Assembly (NCBI GenBank): GCA_035534795.1 | Contig: DATLRG010000352.1 | Coordinates: 1 to 33,260, forward strand | Direction: 5' to 3' | Length of the DNA stretch: 33,260 bases | Source of the DNA: Chloroflexota bacterium | GTDB taxonomy: Bacteria > Chloroflexota > UBA6077 > FW602-bin22 > CADDYW01 | Shown: in pieces, positions 15,353 through 23,294 of the stretch | Layout of the letters: every line of letters begins with the position of its first letter | How positions within the stretch are numbered: the stretch's first letter is position 1 | The notes under the pieces: model-generated | Database searches by the model: none | Seen by the model: the letters and a program-made list of their open reading frames with translations, nothing else | Told to the model about the DNA's origin: nothing | Program-made: the position numbers and the translations under genes

Positions 15353-15959
15353 GCTCTACCTGGTTCGCCACGGTCAAGCCACGGAACCGGACGACCTGCG
15401 ACTCCCCGGGATCGATCTTTCACTGACCCCGGCTGGATACACACAGGCCCGCGCGCTCGCCGAACGACTGGCTGCGCTGGCTCCCGCTGCGGTCCACTCG
15501 AGCGATCTGCAACGGGCCCAGCAGACCGGCGAAATCATCGCCTCGCGCTGCGGTGTCCCACTGATCGTGCGCTCTGATCTCCGTGAGCTCGACTTCGGGA
15601 CGTGGAATGGCCGAACCTACGCCGAGATCGTCGCGGTCTACCCCGTCGCGGCGCGGTTCTTCGACGATGTCCGATCGCAGATACCACCCGGCGGTGAGTT
15701 GGCCGAAGCCGCCGCGGCGCGCGTCCGCGCTGCGCTGGCAGAGATCGCAGGCGAAACCGGAGACGGATCGGCCGTGGTGGTCGGTCACGCCGGCTCGCTC
15801 CGGCTTGCGCTCGCCCAGGAGCTCGGTATGCTGCTGCGCGCCTACTGGCGGCTGCGCCTGGATGACGCGAGCCTCTCGGTCGTGGACTGGACGGAGCATG
15901 GCATCATTCTGGACTGTCTCAACGACGTAAGCCACCTTCAGAAGTGTGGCTCACCATGA
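15345..15959 (+). CDS. cobC: Alpha-ribazole-5'-phosphate phosphatase (histidine phosphatase family)
   Basis: GTG 15345. [15 protein letters not shown]...[16 protein letters not shown]...[16 protein letters not shown]...[15 protein letters not shown]...[10 protein letters not shown] contains the RHG and H catalytic motifs, in the cob operon context. Confidence 0.8.
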   Translation: MGKLYLVRHGQATEPDDLRLPGIDLSLTPAGYTQARALAERLAALAPAAVHSSDLQRAQQTGEIIASRCGVPLIVRSDLRELDFGTWNGRTYAEIVAVYPVAARFFDDVRSQIPPGGELAEAAAARVRAALAEIAGETGDGSAVVVGHAGSLRLALAQELGMLLRAYWRLRLDDASLSVVDWTEHGIILDCLNDVSHLQKCGSP

Positions 15960-16108
15960 GTGCGCCGGTGTTGATGGTCCAGGGAACGGCGTCGAGTGTC
16001 GGCAAAAGTGTCATCACGGCCGGGCTGTGCCGCATCCTGCGGCGGCGCGGCGAGCGGGTCGCGCCGTTCAAGGCCCAGACCATGTCCCTCAAGGAGGTGA
16101 GGCCGTGA
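15956..16108 (+). pseudogene. cobQ: 50-codon N-terminal stub of cobyric acid synthase (CobQ/CbiP)
   Basis: ATG 15956 overlaps the cob[54 protein letters not shown] matches the CobQ N-terminus (LMVQGT.S.VGKS...LCR...G..VAPFKAQNMSLNS). It terminates at 16106-16108, overlapping the cobU GTG. Confidence 0.7.
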
Positions 16109-16737
16109 GTGGTACGGTGAGCTTGCTCCTCGGGGGAGCACGCAGTGGGAAGAGCGACTGGGCCGAGCGGCTGGCACGACGCACCGGCCAGCCCGTCGTG
16201 TACCTTGCCACCGCGGCCGCCGCCGATGCCGAGATGGCGGAGCGCATCGCCCAGCATCGCGCCGCTCGCCCGGCGTCCTGGCGGACGATCGAGGAACCCG
16301 AAGAGCTTACACGCGTCCTGCGCCAGCGGTGCCAGTCGGGCGACGTCGTCGTGATCGATTGCCTGACGCTCTGGGTGAGCAACGTCATCCTCCGTCGGTT
16401 TGGGGACGTTGAGGACTTTGCGGCGATTCCGGCCGAGGAGTGGTCGACGATCGAAACAGACCTCCTCGGCGCGGTCGATGATCTTCTCGAGATCGCGCGG
16501 CGGATCGGCCTGTCGCTGATTGTCGTGTCCAACGAAGTGGGTCTGGGGCTCGTCCCGCCGTATCCACTGGGACGCCGCTATCGCGACATTCTGGGGCGAG
16601 TCAATTGCGCGCTGGCCGGCCGTGCGGATCTGGTTCTCTTGCTGATTGCCGGGCTCCCGATTGATCTGGGCCGGCTGGTGCCGCCGGAGCTTCGGCGGAT
16701 CATCGTGGATTCCGACAATCCAAATGAAGGGGAATAG
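16105..16737 (+). CDS. cobU: Bifunctional adenosylcobinamide kinase / adenosylcobinamide-phosphate guanylyltransferase
   Basis: RBS AAGGAGG at 16091-16097. [24 protein letters not shown] (P-loop)...[33 protein letters not shown]...[13 protein letters not shown]...[14 protein letters not shown]. Confidence 0.9.
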   Translation: MSGTVSLLLGGARSGKSDWAERLARRTGQPVVYLATAAAADAEMAERIAQHRAARPASWRTIEEPEELTRVLRQRCQSGDVVVIDCLTLWVSNVILRRFGDVEDFAAIPAEEWSTIETDLLGAVDDLLEIARRIGLSLIVVSNEVGLGLVPPYPLGRRYRDILGRVNCALAGRADLVLLLIAGLPIDLGRLVPPELRRIIVDSDNPNEGE

Positions 16738-16741
16738 ACCA

Positions 16742-17638
16742 ATGCGGATCTGCTCATTGGTGCCGAGCGGCACCGAGATCGTCTGCGCCCTCGGATTGGC
16801 CGATCAACTGGTTGGCGTCTCCCACCGCTGTGACTACCCACCGGAGGTCGTCGGCAAACCGATTGTGAGCAATTTGCTCGTCAAGAAGCAGCCGTCGACG
16901 AACGGCGTTGGCGGCGAGACGACGCAACACTCGGTCTATGAGCTCGACGCGGCCCTGGTCCAGGCGCTCGCGCCGGACCTCATCCTGACGCAGGAAGTCT
17001 GTGAGGCGTGCGCTGTGCCGGCGAGTCTGGCCGCGGATTTGGCTCGCGGCCTCGTGCGCGAGCCGCAGCTCTTCTCGGTCACCGCGTCCACGCTCGACGA
17101 CATCTTGACGAACATCGCTCGGCTGGGATTAGTGGTCGGGCGGGAAGAGGAAGCGACGCGTCTCGTCCATCGCTCGCGCGAACGGATCGAGCGGATCGCC
17201 GCTACCGCGGCCGCCGCGGAAAAACGGCTGCGTGTGGCCTTCTTCGAGTGGCCAGATCCGCCCTGGCTGGCCGGCAACTGGATCCCGGAGCTGATCGTGC
17301 TGGCCGGTGGACTCGACCGATTCGGACAGGCCGGGCAGCGAACCCGCAAAGTGGACTGGCCGGAGATCGTCGCCAGCGCACCCGAGATCGTTTTTCTCGC
17401 GCCGTGCGGGCTGACGATCGACCAAACGGTGGGTGAGCTATCCAAGCACCTGACACGACCGGAGTGGTCGGCACTTCCCGCCTTTCACGACGGACGCGTG
17501 TATGTGCTCGACGGCTCACTCTGGAGCCGACACGGTCCGCGGATCGTCGATGGGCTAGAGGTGCTCGCCCAGCTAATTCATCCGGAGCTATTTCCCGGCC
17601 CACCGCCGGAGCAGCTCGTCCGGGCGATCGGACGATGA
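16742..17638 (+). CDS. BtuF-fold cobalamin-binding-protein homologue without a signal peptide (probably cytoplasmic)
   Basis: MRICSLVPSGTEIVCALGLADQLVGVSHRCDYPPEV...APDLILTQEVCEACAV...VAFFEWPDPPWLAGNWIPELIVLAGG...APEIVFLAPCG...VYVLDGSLWSRHGPRIVDGLEVLAQLIHPELF. The mature-domain beta1 strand starts at residue 2. Confidence 0.8.
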   Translation: MRICSLVPSGTEIVCALGLADQLVGVSHRCDYPPEVVGKPIVSNLLVKKQPSTNGVGGETTQHSVYELDAALVQALAPDLILTQEVCEACAVPASLAADLARGLVREPQLFSVTASTLDDILTNIARLGLVVGREEEATRLVHRSRERIERIAATAAAAEKRLRVAFFEWPDPPWLAGNWIPELIVLAGGLDRFGQAGQRTRKVDWPEIVASAPEIVFLAPCGLTIDQTVGELSKHLTRPEWSALPAFHDGRVYVLDGSLWSRHGPRIVDGLEVLAQLIHPELFPGPPPEQLVRAIGR

Positions 17639-17868
17639 GCTTCGTCGTCGCCGGGCTGCTCCGGGCACTCTACCGGTCCGTGCTCGAGGCCCCGCTCCCG
17701 GCCGAAGATGCCGCCTATGATGTTCTTGGCGCTCCGGTGTCGTTTGAAGGATATGCGCGCGGGAGCCTCCTCGCCTCCTACTGTCACCTGCACTTCGGAA
17801 GCAACCCGGCTCTCGCTCCGACCTTCGTGGCCGCCGCCGCCGCTTGGGGCCGGGATACTCGTGGCTGA
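17635..17868 (+). pseudogene. 77-aa remnant resembling the extreme N- and C-termini of cobyrinate a,c-diamide synthase (CbiA/CobB)
   Basis: ATGA overlap with the upstream gene. MSFVVAG resembles the CbiA start but has no P-loop. ...EGYARGSLLASYCHLHFGSNPALAPTFVAAAAAW resembles the conserved CbiA C-terminal end (ASY.HLHF.SNP). Assignment is from memory of the family pattern only. Confidence 0.45.
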
Positions 17869-18148
17869 TGTCTCCTATTAAGGATTGGTGCGGTGACGTG
17901 ATCGCGAACCTCCCGGTCCTTGGAGGGCTTGCTGAGGCGAGCGGCAGGAGATCTTCGCACAGCATCCGGAGTTTGGCTCCCCCGACACGCCAGGGGATCA
18001 GCTTCCAGAGGACGTGCGCGTCCGCCTTGCCGAGGCAATGGCGACGATGCGAGAGGAGACGACGTCCTTCGCCAACGCTGAAGTCGTCCGGGAGCGGGGG
18101 GCCATCGTCGAGCGGGCACTGGACGGGGGGATAACGATGGCCCGATGA
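17868..18148 (+). pseudogene. Small frameshifted ORF of unknown family (possible thioredoxin-like WCGD motif)
   Basis: ATG 17868 overlaps the preceding TGA. MSPIKDWCGDVIANLPVLGGLAEASGR is followed, after a 1-nt frame change near 17946-17950, by EIFAQHPEFGSPDTPGDQLPEDVRVRLAEAMATMREETTSFANAEVVRERGAIVERALDGGITMAR*. Confidence 0.3.
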
Positions 18149-18151
18149 CCG

Positions 18152-18399
18152 GTGAAGGTCAAGATCACCTACTGCCCCGAGCGCGGCTACGAGCCGCCAA
18201 CTCTGGACCTGGCCAGGACGTTGATGACGACGTTCCAGCGCGAGCTGGCGTTGATCGAGCTGATCCCAGGTACGAAGGGTCTTTCGACGTCTGGGCCGGC
18301 CCCGTCCCGGTCCACTCGATGTACCGGGACGGGGGCTTCCCGGACCACGAGACGATCATCCGGGCCGTCCATCAGCAACTGGAGGGCGCGGGGTCGTGA
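18152..18399 (+). pseudogene. SelW/Rdx-family small redox protein, frameshifted and with CxxC changed to CxxR
   Basis: VKVKITYCPERGYEPPTLDLARTLMTTFQRELALIELIPGTKG, then a frame change at the G-run 18277-18279, then SFDVWAGPVPVHSMYRDGGFPDHETIIRAVHQQL. This matches the Rdx pattern (I.YC..CGY...A..L...F......LIPG..G.F.V.....L..SK...G.FP). Confidence 0.6.
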
Positions 18400-18536
18400 C
18401 AGCCTCGTCGCAAGGAGCGCCGCCGAAGACCCCGTCCGCCCGGCGTGACAAGCTGAGCCCGGCAGAGCCGCGATCGTCGCCGCCGCCAGCACTTCTTCCC
18501 CGTCGATGTCGGGTGAGCTCGCGTTGAGGGAAAATC

Positions 18537-19706
18537 CTACTGCCCCGCGGTCAAGAGCGGCTTGCCCTGGAAGGTGACACTCCGCAGCTTGTCCTCGTCG
18601 CGCTTGACGACTGGTGCGGGCAAGGGCGCGTAGGACAAGGCACTGGAATAGCTCTGGCCGTCGTGGACGAGCCACCAGAGCAAGTTCACCAGAGCCGCAC
18701 CGCGTGCCTGATCCGTCTGCTTTTGGCGCAAGATCACCCAGCTAAAGCCGGAGATCGGATAGACGCTCTCGCCGCTGCAACCCGCGATTCTCACGCGGAG
18801 GTCAGCCGGCAAGCTCTGGGCTGAGCCCGCCGCGCAGGCGCTCGCTCCGTCCGAGGTAGGCAGGACGTACGTACCCGTGCCGTTGTCGATCGCCGTGCTG
18901 GTGAGGTTGTTCCCCTTGGCATAGGCCAGCTCGAAGTAGCCGATCCCTCCCGGGGTTTGCTTGACCTGGCCCGACACGCCCTCCGATCCCTTGCCTCCGA
19001 TCCCGACCGGCCAGTTGACCGACGTCCCGCTTCCCACGGACGTCTTCCAGGCCGGGCTCACCTTGGCCAGGTAGGTTGTGAAGATGTCGGTGGTTCCCGA
19101 GCCGTCGGAGCGGTGGACCACGGCGATTGGCGTGTTCGACAGCTTCTGGTTGGGGTTCAGCGTGACGATGACGGGGTCGTTCCAGGCGGTGATCTTCCCC
19201 AGGTAGATGTCCCCGAGAACTGCACCGGTGAACTTCAGCCCCTCGGCGACGCCGGGCAGGTTGTACGCGATGGCCACCGCGCCGAGCGTGATTGGGATGT
19301 GGAGAATGCTCCCACCGGCGTCCTGCAGCTGCTGGTCGGACATCGGCGCGTCGGTCGCTCCGAAATCGACGGTGCTCTTGGTCAGTTGCTGAATACCTGC
19401 CCCGGAGCCGATCGACTGGTAGTTCACTTTGACGTTCGGGTGCAGCGTGCCGTACTCGCTGAAGGCCTTCGAGAACAGTGGGTTGTCGAAGGTCGAGCCC
19501 GCACCGTTCAGAAGAATCTGTTGGCCTCCAGCGGCTCCGCTCGGCGTACCCTGGGCAGGTGCGGCGGCTGATGCGGCTGCCGGCGTTGGCGCTAGCTGCG
19601 ACGGCGTGGCTGTTTGGCCACCGCACGCGCTCATCGCCACGGCCAGGCCAGTCAAGCCCGTCACGCCCAGCAAGAGGCTGCGCCGGGACATCGATCGTTG
19701 GGTCAT
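18537..19706 (-). CDS. pstS: Phosphate ABC transporter substrate-binding lipoprotein
   Basis: MTQRSMSRRSLLLGVTGLTGLAVAMSAC has a twin-Arg-like signal and a lipobox. ...LLNGAGSTFDNPLFSKAFSEY...VNYQSIGSGAGIQQL...VDFGATDAPM...VVHRSDGSGTTDIFT are PstS motifs. Confidence 0.95.
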   Translation of the reverse strand: MTQRSMSRRSLLLGVTGLTGLAVAMSACGGQTATPSQLAPTPAAASAAAPAQGTPSGAAGGQQILLNGAGSTFDNPLFSKAFSEYGTLHPNVKVNYQSIGSGAGIQQLTKSTVDFGATDAPMSDQQLQDAGGSILHIPITLGAVAIAYNLPGVAEGLKFTGAVLGDIYLGKITAWNDPVIVTLNPNQKLSNTPIAVVHRSDGSGTTDIFTTYLAKVSPAWKTSVGSGTSVNWPVGIGGKGSEGVSGQVKQTPGGIGYFELAYAKGNNLTSTAIDNGTGTYVLPTSDGASACAAGSAQSLPADLRVRIAGCSGESVYPISGFSWVILRQKQTDQARGAALVNLLWWLVHDGQSYSSALSYAPLPAPVVKRDEDKLRSVTFQGKPLLTAGQ

Positions 19707-19774
19707 TCCGAAATCATCTCCTTCTCGCTACTCTGTCCGTTCATCACGTCCACGACCTATTGTCTCCCGGCTCG

Positions 19775-19823
19775 GTTAACCGACGTTAAACGCCAGGTGA
19801 ACGCTTCGTGAGGGTTTGTGACG
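19775..19823 (-). promoter_or_regulatory. Pho-box array upstream of pstS (phased direct repeats)
   Basis: The plus strand reads GTTAACcgacGTTAAACgccagGTGAACgcttcGTGAGGgtttGTGACG. On the gene strand these are TT(A/C)AC-type repeats at 10-12 nt spacing. The proximal GTTAAC lies 10 nt upstream of a GACAAT -10-like hexamer (19764-19759). Confidence 0.55.
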
Positions 19824-19868
19824 GAACGGCGACAGGCAGTTCGGGCGCCACAGCTTCGGGACGCATTG

Positions 19869-20537
19869 TTAGCACGTGGAGACGTTCGTCTCTTCCATCC
19901 GACCGGTGACCAGAAACACGACCCGCTCGCAGATGTTGGTGACGCGGTCGGCGATGCGCTCGAGGTCGTGGGCGACCCAGAGCAGCCAGGTTGCGCGATC
20001 GATGGTCCGGGCGTCCTGGAGCATGTACGTCAGCAATTCGCGGTAGACCTGGTCGTACAGGGCGTCGACCTGGTCGTCCTCGGCGGCGACTCGCTTGGCC
20101 AGCTCGGCGTCGCGCGCGACGAAGGCGTCGAGCGACCGTCGGAGCATCGCGCGATCCAGGTCGGCCATGCGCGGCACGTCGATCAGCGGTTTGAGCAGCT
20201 CGTGCTCGCCGTGCATCAGGACGATCCGGGCGATCCCGGCCGCGTAATCACCCATCCGTTCGAGCTCGACGGTGATGTGGAGCACCGCCAGGATCGTTCG
20301 GAGGTCCCGCGCCATCGGCTGTTGGGTGGCGATCGTCGTCACCGCCATCTCCTCGATCGCGAAGCGCTTCGCGTTGATCTCCCGGTCGGCGCGCATGATC
20401 CGCTGCGCCTCGGTCGCATTCAGGTAGCGGAGCGCCTCGATGGCGCTGCCGAGCGCCTGGTCGACCATGCTCGCCAGGAGGAGCATCTCGTCCTGCAGCC
20501 GCTGCAGCTCGCTCTCGAAGACCTCACGTCTGGGCAT
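19869..20537 (-). CDS. phoU: Phosphate signalling complex protein PhoU
   Basis: FESELQRLQDEMLLLASMVDQAL...ADREINAKRFAIEEM...TQQPMARDLRTILAVLHITVELERMGDYA...DDQVDALYDQVYREL...WVAHDLERIADRVTNICE is the duplicated PhoU repeat. Confidence 0.95.
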   Translation of the reverse strand: MPRREVFESELQRLQDEMLLLASMVDQALGSAIEALRYLNATEAQRIMRADREINAKRFAIEEMAVTTIATQQPMARDLRTILAVLHITVELERMGDYAAGIARIVLMHGEHELLKPLIDVPRMADLDRAMLRRSLDAFVARDAELAKRVAAEDDQVDALYDQVYRELLTYMLQDARTIDRATWLLWVAHDLERIADRVTNICERVVFLVTGRMEETNVSTC

Positions 20538-20561
20538 CCCTCGCTCGCTTTCTGATCATCT

Positions 20562-21395
20562 CTAACCGAACCGGCCGGTGATGTATTCCTCGGTGCGGCG
20601 GTCCGTCGGGTTGGTGAAGATCTGGTGGGTTGGACCGACTTCGACGACCACACCAGCGTTGTCGAGGCCGGCGAGCATGAAGGCGGTCACGTCGGAGACT
20701 CGCGCCGCCTGTTGCATGTTGTGAGTGACGATGACCACGGTATAGTCGCGCTTCAGCTCGCGGAGCAACTCTTCGATCTTCAGCGTCGCCATGGGATCGA
20801 GAGCCGCCGTCGGCTCGTCCAGCAGCAGGACCTCCGGCGCGACCGCCAGCGCCCGCGCGATACACAAGCGTTGTTGCTGGCCACCCGACAGCGCCGTGCC
20901 CGGTTGGCGGAGCTTGTCCTTCACCTCGTCCCAGAGGACAACGCGATCGAGCGCTTCCCAAACCAGATCCGGTAACGATTTGCCCGGGTCGATCCCGTTC
21001 AGCCGCAGGCCCGCCGCCACGTTGTCGAAGATCGACAGGGTCGGGAACGGGTTGGGGCGCTGGAAGACCATCCCGATCCGCCGCCGCACCAGGACGGGGT
21101 CTACGCCGGGTGCGTAGACGTCGGCGCCATCGAGCAGGACCTGCCCGGCAACCCGCGCACTGGGCGTGACCTCGTGCAGGCGATTCACGCAGCGGATCAA
21201 GGTCGACTTGCCACAGCCTGACGGTCCGATGATCGCGGTGATCTGGCCCGGGCGGAACGTCAGGTTGACGTCGCGGATCGCCGGCCGCTCGCCGTACCCG
21301 GCGGAGAGCCGGACCGTCTCCAGAGAGTGGGCGTCGGCGAGGGCCAGCGGGGATTGTTCGGGCGGTCGCATCTTGGCCAGTATCGGTGGAATCAT
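20562..21395 (-). CDS. pstB: Phosphate ABC transporter ATP-binding protein
   Basis: [24 protein letters not shown]...[33 protein letters not shown]...[15 protein letters not shown]...[17 protein letters not shown]. Confidence 0.95.
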   Translation of the reverse strand: MIPPILAKMRPPEQSPLALADAHSLETVRLSAGYGERPAIRDVNLTFRPGQITAIIGPSGCGKSTLIRCVNRLHEVTPSARVAGQVLLDGADVYAPGVDPVLVRRRIGMVFQRPNPFPTLSIFDNVAAGLRLNGIDPGKSLPDLVWEALDRVVLWDEVKDKLRQPGTALSGGQQQRLCIARALAVAPEVLLLDEPTAALDPMATLKIEELLRELKRDYTVVIVTHNMQQAARVSDVTAFMLAGLDNAGVVVEVGPTHQIFTNPTDRRTEEYITGRFG

Positions 21396-21401
21396 CAGCG
21401 G

Positions 21402-22256
21402 TTAACCTCCGTACCTCTGTCGGCGCACGACCAGGCGCATGCCGATGCTCAGGAGCAGGACCAGCCCGACCAGCACGAGGGACCCGGCCCACGCCTGACG
21501 ATGCCAGTCGTCGTAGGGCGAGATGGCGTAGACAAAGATTTGCAGCGGCAGCGCCGCGATCGGCTGGCGCAGGCTCCAGCTCCAGAACTGGTTGCCGAAT
21601 GCGGTGAAGAGCAGCGGAGCGGTCTCCCCCGCCACCCGGGCGACAGCCAGCAGCGCCCCGGTGACGATGCCGCTGAGCGCGGTCGGCAAGGCGATGCGCG
21701 CGATCACTTTCCAGCGTGGGACTCCCAGCGCCAATGCCGCTTCGCGCAGCGAGGCCGGGACCAGGCGCACCGACTCCTCCGTGGTCCGGGTCACGACGGG
21801 CAGCATGATCACGCCCAGCGCGAAGCCACCGGCAAACGCAGAGAAGCTCTTGAGCGGCACCACCAGCAGCGCGTAGGCGAACAGCCCGATCGTGATCGAG
21901 GGGACACCGGTCAGAACGTCGGCCACGAACCGCACCACCGTGGCCAGTCGCCCCCGCCCGTACTCCGCCAGGTAGATCCCCGCGCCGATCCCCACGGGTA
22001 ATCCGACGACGACCGCGATGCCCACCAGGATCAGCGTCCCGACGATGGCATTCGCCATCCCGCCTCCGCTGTCCCCGACCGGCCGCGGCGTGTTGGTCAG
22101 AAAGTCAAGGTTGAGGCCACCGGCCCCTTGAACGGTCACGTATCCCAGCACCGCGAGCAGGACAGCCACCGCTGCCCCGAGCGCGGCCAGACACAGCCCG
22201 AGCAGCAGCCAGTTGGCGACCTTGCGGTGCCAGGCGATGGAGAGCGGCGTTCTCAT
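21402..22256 (-). CDS. pstA: Phosphate ABC transporter permease PstA
   Basis: ATG 22256 overlaps the pstC TGA (ATGA). MRTPLSIAWHRKVANWLLLGLCLAAL...GGMANAIVGTLILVG...LREAALALGVPRWKVIARIALPTALSGIVTGALLAVARVAGETAPLLFTA. The longer ORF extension to 23279 is an out-of-frame artefact over pstC. Confidence 0.9.
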   Translation of the reverse strand: MRTPLSIAWHRKVANWLLLGLCLAALGAAVAVLLAVLGYVTVQGAGGLNLDFLTNTPRPVGDSGGGMANAIVGTLILVGIAVVVGLPVGIGAGIYLAEYGRGRLATVVRFVADVLTGVPSITIGLFAYALLVVPLKSFSAFAGGFALGVIMLPVVTRTTEESVRLVPASLREAALALGVPRWKVIARIALPTALSGIVTGALLAVARVAGETAPLLFTAFGNQFWSWSLRQPIAALPLQIFVYAISPYDDWHRQAWAGSLVLVGLVLLLSIGMRLVVRRQRYGG

Positions 22257-23269
22257 CGACCCCTCCCGGGGCCAGCCGCGGCTGAGCCACCAGCCCGCTC
22301 GATCTGCCAGATGAGCAGCCGGGCCAGGGCGTTGACGACGACGGCCACCCCGAGCAGGACGAGGCCGATCTCGACGAGCGCGGCGAGGTGGAGGTCGCTG
22401 GTCGCCTCGGTGAACTCGTTGGCGATCACCGAGGCGAGGGTGTAGCTGGGCGCGAAGAGGGACGCCGAGATGGCTGGGCGGTTGCCGATGACCATCGTCA
22501 CCGCCATCGTCTCCCCCAGCGCCCGCCCCAGGCCGAGGATGAATCCCCCGAGGATGCCGGTGCGCGCGTAGGGCACGACCGCTCCCCAGACCATCTCCCA
22601 GTGCGTCGCCCCCAGCGCCAGCATCGCCTCGCGCTGGTCGTTCGGCACCGCCAGGAGAGCGTCCCGGCTCACCGCCGCGATCGTCGGCAGGATCATGATC
22701 GCCAGGATCAGCCCGCCCGCGAGCGTGCCGACTCCGTAGGCCGGGCCGGAGAAGAGCGGCAGGAAGCCGAGGGCGGTCCGTAGCGCCGGCTCGACGGCCG
22801 AGCGCAGCAACGGGGCGAGGACGAAGATACCCCAGAGCCCGTAAACGACGCTGGGGATAGCGGCGAGCAGCTCGACGAGCGCGGAGAGGAGCCCCCGGAG
22901 CTGGCGCGGCACCAGCTCGCTCAGAGCGATGGCGCTCCCGAGTGCGACGGGCCCCCCGATCAGCAGCGCTAGCACGGACGAGACGACCGTGCCATACAGA
23001 AACGGGAGCGCGCCAAAGTGCCCGCCAACCGGGTCCCAGCGCTGGCCGACGATGAAGCCGAAGCCAAACCGCTGCACTGCTGGCCAACTCTCGACGACCA
23101 TCAAGGTGGTGATGGCGAGGACCAGGAGAAGAATGCCGACGGCACACCCGCCGACGAGGATCGCCCACACCGCGTCGCCACGCCGACCGGTGCTCGCCCG
23201 GCCGAGCGCCGCGCGAATCTCCCGTGGGCTTGGCCGCCCTGGCCGGCCAACCGTCGTTTCTGTCATCAT
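22253..23269 (-). CDS. pstC: Phosphate ABC transporter permease PstC
   Basis: FGALPFLYGTVVSSVLALLIGGPVALGSAIALSEL...QREAMLALGATHWEMVWGAVVPYARTGILGGFILGLGRALGETMAVTMVIGN. Confidence 0.9.
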   Translation of the reverse strand: MMTETTVGRPGRPSPREIRAALGRASTGRRGDAVWAILVGGCAVGILLLVLAITTLMVVESWPAVQRFGFGFIVGQRWDPVGGHFGALPFLYGTVVSSVLALLIGGPVALGSAIALSELVPRQLRGLLSALVELLAAIPSVVYGLWGIFVLAPLLRSAVEPALRTALGFLPLFSGPAYGVGTLAGGLILAIMILPTIAAVSRDALLAVPNDQREAMLALGATHWEMVWGAVVPYARTGILGGFILGLGRALGETMAVTMVIGNRPAISASLFAPSYTLASVIANEFTEATSDLHLAALVEIGLVLLGVAVVVNALARLLIWQIERAGGSAAAGPGRGR

Positions 23270-23294
23270 TCCCGGTCAATTATCCGGGGCGAAT

